A DNA stretch of 64,000 nucleotides from positions 128,001 to 192,000 of the forward strand of contig JAVJNR010000009.1 in the NCBI GenBank assembly GCA_040217195.1. The letters run 5' to 3'. The DNA comes from Leptospiraceae bacterium. GTDB lineage: Bacteria; Spirochaetota; Leptospiria; Leptospirales; Leptonemataceae. This document shows positions 21,070 through 29,178 of this stretch, piece by piece. The notes beneath the pieces are model-generated. The model was not told the DNA's origin. It made no database searches and worked only from the letters and a program-made list of their open reading frames with translations. The position numbers and the translations under genes were made by a program. The first letter of the stretch is position 1. The number at the start of each line of letters is the position of its first letter.

Positions 21070-21783
21070 TCAATAACTGGTTGGGTCCGGGCTGTTATCG
21101 GTAGCCAGGTCTGTCATTTTATGACACATGGTACAATCCTGCATTTTGGGATCCTTATCGATCGCCGACTGGAATGCGTTGTCTACTTTCAGGCCCCGAA
21201 AGAGCTTTGTAAAGTCATTGGTCTGAACTTTGCCGTCTTCATCAAAGTCATTGCTGAATCCTTTATTCACATCTTCGAAATCGTCTTCATCCACATGTCT
21301 TGTGGCCACGGTTCCTTCGCAAACACAGGTAGCACTTCCATGCTCATCGTGACTTACGGAGAACTTGGTACCTCGTACGGAAGCCACAGCGGTCGGACTT
21401 ACCACTTCCACTCCCTGATCCGAAAGCTTTTTCACATCGATCCAGGTAAAACCTTTCTGGAGTTTAACCTGTAGAGGCTCATCTTTCTTCTTCAGGTTTT
21501 CCAGGGTTACTTCCGTCTTTGGTCCCAGACGAATTTCTTTTCCCTGATAGATAATTACCAGATTGCTTTGTGGGCCGGTCTGAATGCGATCCTTGCTTTC
21601 AATTATGGTACGCAATTTGAGGTTTTTGTAGTCACCCTGCCCTCCTTTTTGAATGCGAGCCACTCCAACCAGGCGAGTTACAAGAGCCCGGTCTTCTGCT
21701 TTCAGGCCGTCAAAGGCAGACACAGCAATTAATAGAGCCAGTGCGGCCATCAGAGGTTTCACTATGGGGGATTCGTGATTCAT
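21070..21783 (-). CDS. exported FecR-domain protein with C-terminal CxxCH motif
   Basis: Signal peptide; DRIQTG, SPTAVASVRGTKF FecR motifs; CTMCH near C-terminus; SD AGGAG. Confidence 0.85.
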   Translation of the reverse strand: MNHESPIVKPLMAALALLIAVSAFDGLKAEDRALVTRLVGVARIQKGGQGDYKNLKLRTIIESKDRIQTGPQSNLVIIYQGKEIRLGPKTEVTLENLKKKDEPLQVKLQKGFTWIDVKKLSDQGVEVVSPTAVASVRGTKFSVSHDEHGSATCVCEGTVATRHVDEDDFEDVNKGFSNDFDEDGKVQTNDFTKLFRGLKVDNAFQSAIDKDPKMQDCTMCHKMTDLATDNSPDPTSY

Positions 21784-21953
21784 AAATACTCCTTCCTGCG
21801 GTATGCAGTTGTACTATACGTTACATACCGAAAAACAAATGCAAGCCCCTATTTTGCAAGAATTCTTTATTATCGATTACACAGAAATGATCAACTTCGG
21901 GTAATGAACCTGTCATATTGCGATCTTTAGGCCTGCGGGGGTAGAAGGCAGAA

Positions 21954-22343
21954 CTAATCTTCCATAAAGGCAGCGTGAAACCGAAACTCCATTCTGGCCC
22001 CTATAGCTCCGGCAAGAAGTAGATAGCGACTATCCAGTTCAAAATAAGCTTCTGTTTCATCGCCTGCATCCATAACACAGGAGACTCGAACTTCATGGTC
22101 TCGGGCCAATTGCCTTAAACTTCGCCGCACAGGAGAAAGTCTGCGCAGTAAATCCTTAACATGCTCTTCAATAGGCTCATTGCCTGCGGGTCTGCTATTG
22201 ATCTGCCAGATTCCTCTTCCCCAGGCATCCCGGGGAATAATTCGGTCCGGTTCCACACCCAGGATTCTACTTACATCCTCTGGATGAAGGTCCGAGCCTG
22301 AAATGGTAAGAATAGCCCAGCCTGTAGTTACTCTGTTTGACAT
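21954..22343 (-). CDS. DUF4279-like protein
   Basis: LTISGSDLHPEDVSRILGVEP...W pattern; start ATG 22343 avoids overlap. Confidence 0.7.
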   Translation of the reverse strand: MSNRVTTGWAILTISGSDLHPEDVSRILGVEPDRIIPRDAWGRGIWQINSRPAGNEPIEEHVKDLLRRLSPVRRSLRQLARDHEVRVSCVMDAGDETEAYFELDSRYLLLAGAIGARMEFRFHAAFMED

Positions 22344-22394
22344 CTTATGGAATTCCTGTAACCGTGGAATCAACTTCTCGAATCCACACTGCCC

Positions 22395-23771
22395 ATGAAA
22401 GAACCAGTACTGGTAATTATCGGTAATGGCATAACCGGAATCACGGTTGCCAGAACTGTCCGCAAACAATTCAGGGATATCCGCATTCGTATTATATCGG
22501 ATGAGACGGACTACTTCTTTTCCCGTCCTGCCTTAATGTATATCTATATGGGTCATATGGAAGCTAAACATACTGAGCCCTATGAGCGGAATTTCTACGA
22601 TGAAAATCGTCTGGAGTTGATCCGTGGCCGTGTAGAATCCATGGATCCGGATTCCGGAAATCTGACCCTGACTGGCGGTCAGCAGGTACCCTTTGACTAC
22701 GTTGTGATGGCCACAGGCTCAGTGCCCAATCGCTTTGGCTGGCCCGGCCAGGATCTGGACGGTGTTCAAGGTCTCTATTCCATGCAAGACCTGGATAGCC
22801 TGGAATACTGGACAAAAGAAGGGATTCACAATGCAGTTATAGTAGGTGGAGGATTGATTGGTATAGAACTGGCGGAGATGCTACATACCCGAGGGATCCC
22901 GGCAACCTTTCTAGTGAGGGAAAGTCATTACTGGGGGAACATCCTGCCCGTTGAAGAATCCAATCTGGTCAAACAGCAAATCGATGCCCATCATGTTGGG
23001 TTAAAGCTAAATACAGAGCTGAAATCCATTGAATCCGATTCAAATGGCAGAGCCAGCGCCGTCATCACTTCGGATGGAGAGAGCATACCAGCCAACTTCG
23101 TAGGACTTACGGCTGGTGTTAGACCCAACATTTCTGTTTCGCATCCTTCTGTGGAAACGGCACGCGGCTATTTAATCGATTATTCATTTCAGACCAGCCA
23201 TAATAAGGTATTCGCGGCAGGCGATTGCGCCCAGTTTCGCACAAATGAAGGCGCCGGCCCGGTGGAGCAACTATGGTACACCGGGCGGATGCAAGGAGAA
23301 GCTCTGGGTTCCATTCTGGGATACAGGATTAAGGAGGAGCATTCCTTAACGTTGCGGGATGATATCCCGGTTGCGGATCAGGTATTTCCGGAAAACACCC
23401 CTTACGATCGGGGAATCTGGTTTAATTCAGCCAAGTTCTTTAACCTGGAATATCAGACCTACGGATATGTGCCTGCCAGACTTGATTCGGAGCAAACCTT
23501 TTACTGGCAGCATCCGAAAAAGAGTATCGCCTTTCGCATGGTATGGCAGGGAAATCCGGAATCTGGTCAGGTTACCGGATTCAATGTATTCGGATTGCGC
23601 TACAGACAGAATGTATGCCAGCAATGGATTGCGGATGGCCGAAGCCCCCGCCATGTAATCGATCATCTCAAGGAGGCCAATTTCGATCCAGAGTTCTTCG
23701 AAAAACCGGAGAAGCAAATACGAAAAGCCTTCAAAGAATTTGTCCGCAAGGCCCCGGCAGTCACGGGATGA
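22395..23771 (+). CDS. FAD/NAD(P)-dependent pyridine nucleotide oxidoreductase
   Basis: IIGNGITG, ATGS, VGGGLIGIE, FAAGDCA. Confidence 0.92.
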   Translation: MKEPVLVIIGNGITGITVARTVRKQFRDIRIRIISDETDYFFSRPALMYIYMGHMEAKHTEPYERNFYDENRLELIRGRVESMDPDSGNLTLTGGQQVPFDYVVMATGSVPNRFGWPGQDLDGVQGLYSMQDLDSLEYWTKEGIHNAVIVGGGLIGIELAEMLHTRGIPATFLVRESHYWGNILPVEESNLVKQQIDAHHVGLKLNTELKSIESDSNGRASAVITSDGESIPANFVGLTAGVRPNISVSHPSVETARGYLIDYSFQTSHNKVFAAGDCAQFRTNEGAGPVEQLWYTGRMQGEALGSILGYRIKEEHSLTLRDDIPVADQVFPENTPYDRGIWFNSAKFFNLEYQTYGYVPARLDSEQTFYWQHPKKSIAFRMVWQGNPESGQVTGFNVFGLRYRQNVCQQWIADGRSPRHVIDHLKEANFDPEFFEKPEKQIRKAFKEFVRKAPAVTG

Positions 23772-24291
23772 TCACAAGGTCCAAAGGACCGCAAGATTCA
23801 TTACGGGAGCACTGTTACACGAGATAGCAAGGCGAGCGAGATTCTGGCCGCTCCAAAGAGCGGGCCAGAAAGCGATCAGGACGATCGCCAGGTCCGAAGG
23901 ACCGCAAACAATTTCGTGGGAGGCGCAATGCACGAGGCATTGCGACGAGCACAACTAGATCGCAGAGTGCGTAGCACTCGCCGCGGGCAGGATGTCCGCA
24001 AGGCCCGAAGGGCCGCATAAACTTTCACGGGAGCACTGCTACATGAGGTAGCAAGGCGAGCGAGATTCTGGCCGCTCCAAAGAGCGGGCCAGAAAGCGAT
24101 CAGGACGATCGCCAGGTCCGAAGGACCGCAATAATTCTCGTGGGAGGCGCAATGCACGAGGCATTGCGACGAGCACAACTAGATCACAGAGTGCGTAGCA
24201 CTCTGCGCGGACAGGATGTCCGCAAGGCCTGAAGGGCCGCACAAATTTTCACGGGAAGCGCATTACAGGACGTAATGCGCTGAGCGTACCT
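23760..24291 (+). repeat. array 1 of ~112-bp multi-hairpin units (A/B alternation, 224-bp higher-order repeat)
   Basis: Unit starts 23803, 23916, 24027, 24140, 24251 (spacing 113/111); units 1 and 3, and 2 and 4, are near-identical; ends GAGCGTACCT. Confidence 0.95.
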
Positions 24292-24293
24292 AT

Positions 24294-25643
24294 ATGAACG
24301 ATTCAGTACCTTTTAAAATATTTCAACCCTATAACCTCATGGCCAGTTTGCTGATAGCAATCAGCCTGGCTGTTCCGGTGCTGGGCCTGGCCGGGTTGCC
24401 CGTAGCCCGGGGCGGGCTCTATCTGGTATTATTTCCGGGACTACTCTGTCTTGGCTTCTTTATGATGGCCGCTCAGCGTGCGCTTTCCCGACCGGCTGGA
24501 ATAGACAACCATGGCATTTACCATAGCAGCGTCACTGGCCGAGGGCTGGCAGGCATTTTGCTTGGAATTGTAATTACGGGTCTCTACGTTGTAATCTATT
24601 TTGGAGACCGAATCAGCCTGGGAGACAGCACTCTGCATAGTTTCTTTCAGGAAAGATTGTACAGCCATTTCGATGCCATTAGCCAGGCCTTACGCGGCCA
24701 ACCCGCCGATAATTGGTTCTTCTACAGTCTAATGTACACTCTAGCTGTATTCGTATTCGGAGTACGGATGATCCTGAAGCACAGGCATTCTCCCTACCAG
24801 ATCATTCGCACCATATCTGTAGTCATTGTTCAAACCGGATTTGGATTTCTCATCCCGTATCTCCTGGTGGCGCTTCAAAAGCCGGAGTTCTATTTCAGCT
24901 ACTTCTGGCCTTTGAAGCCCGAGTACCTCTATCCTGGTAAATGGCCGGACCTGGCATCGGGAGCACTCACCACTTTCTTTACCGGAGAAGCTGAACTGTT
25001 CACCTACTTTCTGGCCTTTGGCGCCTTTATGACCTTTGTGGCTACACCTGTGCTCACATATTTCTTTGGAAAGCGCTGGTATTGCTCCTGGGTTTGCGGA
25101 TGCGGAGGACTGGCAAACACTGCAGGTGATCCGTTTCGTCAGCTAAGCGACAAAAGCCTAAAAGCCTGGAAGATCGAACGATGGACCATCCACTCGGTTC
25201 TCGTGGCCATAGTCCTGATTACCGGAGTCCTCTGGCTGAATTCCATAACCGAAGGCAGGTTCTTGCCGGGATGGGGAGCTTCCCTTCAGCAAGCATATAC
25301 ATTCTACATTGGCTTAATATTCAGTGGAGTGGTTGGCGTGGGGTTCTATCCACTCCTGGGAACCAGGGTCTGGTGCCGATTCGGCTGTCCCATGGCTGCC
25401 ATCCTGGGAATCATTCAGAAGTTCTTTTCCAGATTTCGCATTACCACCAATGGAGGGCAATGTATCTCCTGTGGCAACTGCTCCACCTATTGCGAAATGG
25501 GCATCGATGTGCGATGGTATGCGCAGCGCGGCCAGAATGTGGTACGAGCATCCTGTGTGGGATGTGGCCTGTGTTCGGCAGTATGCCCGAGAGGTGTACT
25601 CAATCTGGAGAACGGAATTGTTACTGCAAGAGTGCCTTCCTGA
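24294..25643 (+). CDS. membrane 4Fe-4S protein (NapH/YccM-like)
   Basis: Multiple TM helices; RWYCSWVC, RVWCRFGCP, CISCGNCSTYC, CVGCGLCSAVCP. Confidence 0.9.
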   Translation: MNDSVPFKIFQPYNLMASLLIAISLAVPVLGLAGLPVARGGLYLVLFPGLLCLGFFMMAAQRALSRPAGIDNHGIYHSSVTGRGLAGILLGIVITGLYVVIYFGDRISLGDSTLHSFFQERLYSHFDAISQALRGQPADNWFFYSLMYTLAVFVFGVRMILKHRHSPYQIIRTISVVIVQTGFGFLIPYLLVALQKPEFYFSYFWPLKPEYLYPGKWPDLASGALTTFFTGEAELFTYFLAFGAFMTFVATPVLTYFFGKRWYCSWVCGCGGLANTAGDPFRQLSDKSLKAWKIERWTIHSVLVAIVLITGVLWLNSITEGRFLPGWGASLQQAYTFYIGLIFSGVVGVGFYPLLGTRVWCRFGCPMAAILGIIQKFFSRFRITTNGGQCISCGNCSTYCEMGIDVRWYAQRGQNVVRASCVGCGLCSAVCPRGVLNLENGIVTARVPS

Positions 25644-26750
25644 TCATCCAATGCATAGATAATCCAGCCCGGCCCTGAATCCGTTTTTGGCAAGCGCCAA
25701 TTCGATTACTGGTCGGGCTCCCCTGGCATTTACGTAGACCAGCACAAAAGGATTTCGCCTATCCTGAAACAGCTCTTCCGGGCTACAGACTTTCATTTTA
25801 CGGGAGCCGGGTAACCTCGCATTTTTTGAGTTATTCTCGTGCCGGGTTGTTTTTTCTACTGGCAAAGTCTCTTCTAGATTCGCAGATCTGGAATCCCCTG
25901 GATGAGCCAGAAGAGATGGTTTTATATCTACGAAATAATCTGGCTTCGCTTCCGGAAAATGAGCTTCGAATCTTCTACGGCTCATTCGAGAAGCTCCCCA
26001 TACAACAAGCGGACGCAGATGAAGTATTTCTTGCAGAGACTCATCTGCGGCGATATAGAACTTTCGCAGATCATGAAAGGAGGATTTGCTGTACCGAGAA
26101 TCAATGTATGACAATTGATCTTCGCTGCATCTGTATTGCAACAGAGCACCGGGCAGTTTTTCCATTCTCAGGCCTGCCTGCATTATTCTAAGAAACAGAT
26201 CGTAGTCTTCCGGGAAGGGCCCCTTTCTATAGCCGCCCAGATCCTGCAGGACTTTCACTGGAAGTGCCAGAGTGGGATGCTGAAATGGGCATTCCACATA
26301 TCGATTTACATAAAAATCCTTCGCTGTCAGAACACCGTTTTGCCAGGCGAAGTAGGCTTCCCGACCGGCACCAACAAAGCCGATGGGCTGCACCTGGCAG
26401 CAAGAAATATCCACTCTGGCTAGATGTTCCACCTGCTTTCGCAACCTGGAAGGCTCCATCACATCGTCTGCATCCATGCGAATATAATAACTACTGCGAG
26501 CTTCCGAAATACCCTGATTCAATGCATCCACCAGTCCCTGGCCGTTAGCCTGAACCAATCGAATACTTGTATCGGAGTTGCTATCTCTTGAGGCCCTATC
26601 AACAATGGATGAACCATCATCGCTGGAATGATCATCGATAAAGATAACTTCAAAAGAGGAAAGATCCTGATTTAGAATCGACTGAAGACAGGCAGACAGA
26701 GTGCCGGATGCATTTCGAAAAGGAATGATTACACTTGCAGAAGGTTTCAG
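25644..26750 (-). CDS. glycosyltransferase family 2 (probable CTG start)
   Basis: Frame is open upstream of the ORF-track start: CTG AAA CCT TCT GCA AGT GTA ATC ATT CCT = (M)KPSASVIIPFRN...EVIFIDDHSSD; RMDADD, EDYDL. Confidence 0.85.
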   Translation of the reverse strand: MKPSASVIIPFRNASGTLSACLQSILNQDLSSFEVIFIDDHSSDDGSSIVDRASRDSNSDTSIRLVQANGQGLVDALNQGISEARSSYYIRMDADDVMEPSRLRKQVEHLARVDISCCQVQPIGFVGAGREAYFAWQNGVLTAKDFYVNRYVECPFQHPTLALPVKVLQDLGGYRKGPFPEDYDLFLRIMQAGLRMEKLPGALLQYRCSEDQLSYIDSRYSKSSFHDLRKFYIAADESLQEILHLRPLVVWGASRMSRRRFEAHFPEAKPDYFVDIKPSLLAHPGDSRSANLEETLPVEKTTRHENNSKNARLPGSRKMKVCSPEELFQDRRNPFVLVYVNARGARPVIELALAKNGFRAGLDYLCIG

Positions 26751-26771
26751 ACCGCCCCAGCCTGCGACTGG

Positions 26772-27380
26772 CTACTCAAATGGCGAGAACTTTATGCCAT
26801 AGGCAATGTAATTGCTGCCGCAAGTACGAGGACAGAAAGTGCCGTAGATGCCGCTGCGATGGTGCAGACGAATAAAGGCCCTGGGCTCATAGGCATCCAT
26901 GGGAAGTCCAAATTCCACCTCAAATACAAGGTAGTTCAAAAGATTCTGAGAGTATTCCGATTCCCCATCGATTCCATAAAAGCTTCGCGGATTTTCCAGG
27001 TCCGGATTCCTGGTAGCCAGGGACAATCCTTCGCCCACTGCAAAACTAACTGGCACCCCGGAGAAATCCAGACTGTCGCCTACCCGGGCCATCAGGACTG
27101 CATTGAACTCTAGATGTTTCTGAGCACCTGAATGATGGACCACCTGGCCCTCCCATTCTGTGGGCAGGCCAAAAAAATCTACAGATGCAGGGGCGGATAC
27201 AGCACCGGTGAAGATATAGCTGGGCTGATATTCCGTATCACCTTTTAGCATGATGTTGCCCAGAGTCGTTCCGGTAAACTGCCCCCGATAGAAAGTAAAA
27301 TCCAGGCCTCTGGCTTCCTCCACGGCACCCAGGGCTGCAGAACTCAGAAATGCCAGAAACAAGATAATGCCCCGTACCAT
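26772..27380 (-). CDS. outer-membrane beta-barrel, PagL/acyloxyacyl hydrolase-like
   Basis: Signal peptide from ATG 27380; GEGLS, LLNYL.FE, RLHHRSG His-x-x-Ser motif near C-terminus. Confidence 0.55.
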   Translation of the reverse strand: MVRGIILFLAFLSSAALGAVEEARGLDFTFYRGQFTGTTLGNIMLKGDTEYQPSYIFTGAVSAPASVDFFGLPTEWEGQVVHHSGAQKHLEFNAVLMARVGDSLDFSGVPVSFAVGEGLSLATRNPDLENPRSFYGIDGESEYSQNLLNYLVFEVEFGLPMDAYEPRAFIRLHHRSGIYGTFCPRTCGSNYIAYGIKFSPFE

Positions 27381-27466
27381 GTACCTTAGACGAATCCAGC
27401 CACCGGAGGTTTCACCAACGTTCAATTTTTTAAAGCTATAGAAATGCTTTTGGACCGGGCCAGATT

Positions 27467-28621
27467 CTAGTCCACGACCAGGCGGGGAATTCCGGGCTCT
27501 ATGCGAGTGACGATTTCATAGTTGATCGTGCCTGCCAGATCGGCCAGTTCATCTGCTGTCACTGTCTCCGAACCATCCTGTCCGATCAAAGTGGCAACGT
27601 CACCCACTGCGCATCCAGGAATGGAGGTCACATCCACCATAATCATATTCATACATACCCGGCCCAGAAGTGGCGCCCGACGGCCACGAATCAAGACATG
27701 AGAACGATTGGAAAGGCTGCGATCATATCCTTCATAGTACCCAACCGGCAGCACTGCGATGGTGGTGGGCGCCGTGGTACGATGGGTGCAGCCATACCCC
27801 ACATCCACGCCTTCCCCCACTCGATTGATGTGCACGATACGAGTTCTCCAGGATAGAGCCGGTCGAAATTCTGGCATTTCTGCAAATATGGTACGAGCGC
27901 TAAGTCTGGTGGAACTGGAAGGCCAGAAACCATACAGTGAAATGCCCACTCGAATCCAGTCCTGACGGGATTCAGGCAAAATCAGGGCCGGTGCGCTGGC
28001 TGCACTGTGACAGATCAGTTCACCCGAAAAACCAGATTGCTGAAAAATGGCCCGGGCCCTTTCCATGGCAGCTGCAAATCTGGAGTATTGTAACCTGCCA
28101 TAGCCCTGGTCCATCACATCCTCGACGTTGGCAAAATGAGTCATTAATCCACGCCAGGGAAGTTCCGGGGTCTCAGACAGGTATTGAAATAGTTCATCCA
28201 GATAGGCATCGTGAGCGCCCAGGCGGCTCATTCCGGTATCGACCTTGATGTGGAATGGCAGATTCGGTCTACGAGCCTGGAGCGCCCGAACATCGTCCAC
28301 CGTGGAAAGCACGATATGGAACTGGTCTTCGGATTCAGGAATCTCTGAGTACTGTTGATCATCGTTACGACCCATGATCAACACAGGACCTGAGAATCCC
28401 AGATTTCGTAACTGAAGTCCTTCGAAAATGGCATTTACAGCCAATCCCCGCACATCTCCTCTCTCATAGAGAGGTAGCAAAATCTCAACCATCTGCTGTA
28501 GGCCGTGACCATAACCATTGGATTTGATAACAGCGTAGAAATCGCTATCGGGAGCGGCCGCTCTGTAGTTCAAGACGGACTGCTCAATGGAGCTTCTGCT
28601 GATCTCCAGCCAGGTATTCAT
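27467..28621 (-). CDS. alr: alanine racemase
   Basis: AVIKSNGYGHG, HIKVDTGMSRLG, VGYG, GRVCMN, TINYEI. Confidence 0.95.
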   Translation of the reverse strand: MNTWLEISRSSIEQSVLNYRAAAPDSDFYAVIKSNGYGHGLQQMVEILLPLYERGDVRGLAVNAIFEGLQLRNLGFSGPVLIMGRNDDQQYSEIPESEDQFHIVLSTVDDVRALQARRPNLPFHIKVDTGMSRLGAHDAYLDELFQYLSETPELPWRGLMTHFANVEDVMDQGYGRLQYSRFAAAMERARAIFQQSGFSGELICHSAASAPALILPESRQDWIRVGISLYGFWPSSSTRLSARTIFAEMPEFRPALSWRTRIVHINRVGEGVDVGYGCTHRTTAPTTIAVLPVGYYEGYDRSLSNRSHVLIRGRRAPLLGRVCMNMIMVDVTSIPGCAVGDVATLIGQDGSETVTADELADLAGTINYEIVTRIEPGIPRLVVD

Positions 28622-28697
28622 AGGGCCAGCCAAAAAAACAGACTTGCCCTGTATACCGGTTTGCTGAGCATGGAGGATTCTTATGGTATTTCACCTT

Positions 28698-29027
28698 TTT
28701 CTGGCCTCCCCGCGGGCCAGAAATCGATCAGGACGATCGCCAGGTCCGAAGGACCGCAATATTTGCTACGGGAGCAATGCACGAGGCATCGCGACGAGCA
28801 CAGCTGAAAAAGAACGCGGAGCGTTCTTGGTGATCAGGATGATCACAGGGTCCGAAGGACCGCAATATTTGCTACGGGAGCAATGCTGCACGAGGTAGTA
28901 TTGCGAGCGAGATTCTGGCCGCTCGGGAGAGCGGGCCAGAAAGCGATCAGGACGATCGCCAGGTCCGAAGGACCGCAAAATTTACTACGGGAGCAATGCG
29001 ACACGAGGTAGTATTGCGAGCGTACCT
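28698..29027 (+). repeat. array 2 of the same multi-hairpin repeat family
   Basis: Unit starts 28768, 28874, 28987; shares GCGATCAGGACGATCGCCAGGTCCGAAGGACCGCA with array 1; ends GAGCGTACCT. Confidence 0.95.
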
Positions 29028-29043
29028 CTAAAGGAGCCGGACA

Positions 29044-29178
29044 GTGAAGAAGCTGAAGACCAGACTATCCGTTCGAAAGCGACTGCAAAAGAAACGTGAA
29101 GCAAGAGCGCTGCGCAGCAAGGCCAAACAGGCCCATCGCCGAGGCACTGGATACAAAGACCTGGAAGATGCTGAGTGA
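29044..29178 (+). CDS. small basic protein, 44 aa
   Basis: AAGGAG SD 7 nt before GTG; MKKLKTRLSVRKRLQKKREARALRSKAKQAHRRGTGYKDLEDAE; stop overlaps next ATG (TGATG). Confidence 0.7.
   Translation: MKKLKTRLSVRKRLQKKREARALRSKAKQAHRRGTGYKDLEDAE

Noticed and set aside
23740..24242. Short ORFs inside repeat array 1 (and 28683-28978 in array 2)
   Set aside because: By-products of GC-rich repeats, no SD, and variation preserves base pairing rather than codons.
23760..24291. CRISPR array interpretation of the repeats (also 28698-29027)
   Set aside because: No unique spacers: the variable parts are themselves repeated hairpins, the period is ~112 bp, and there are no cas genes in the window.
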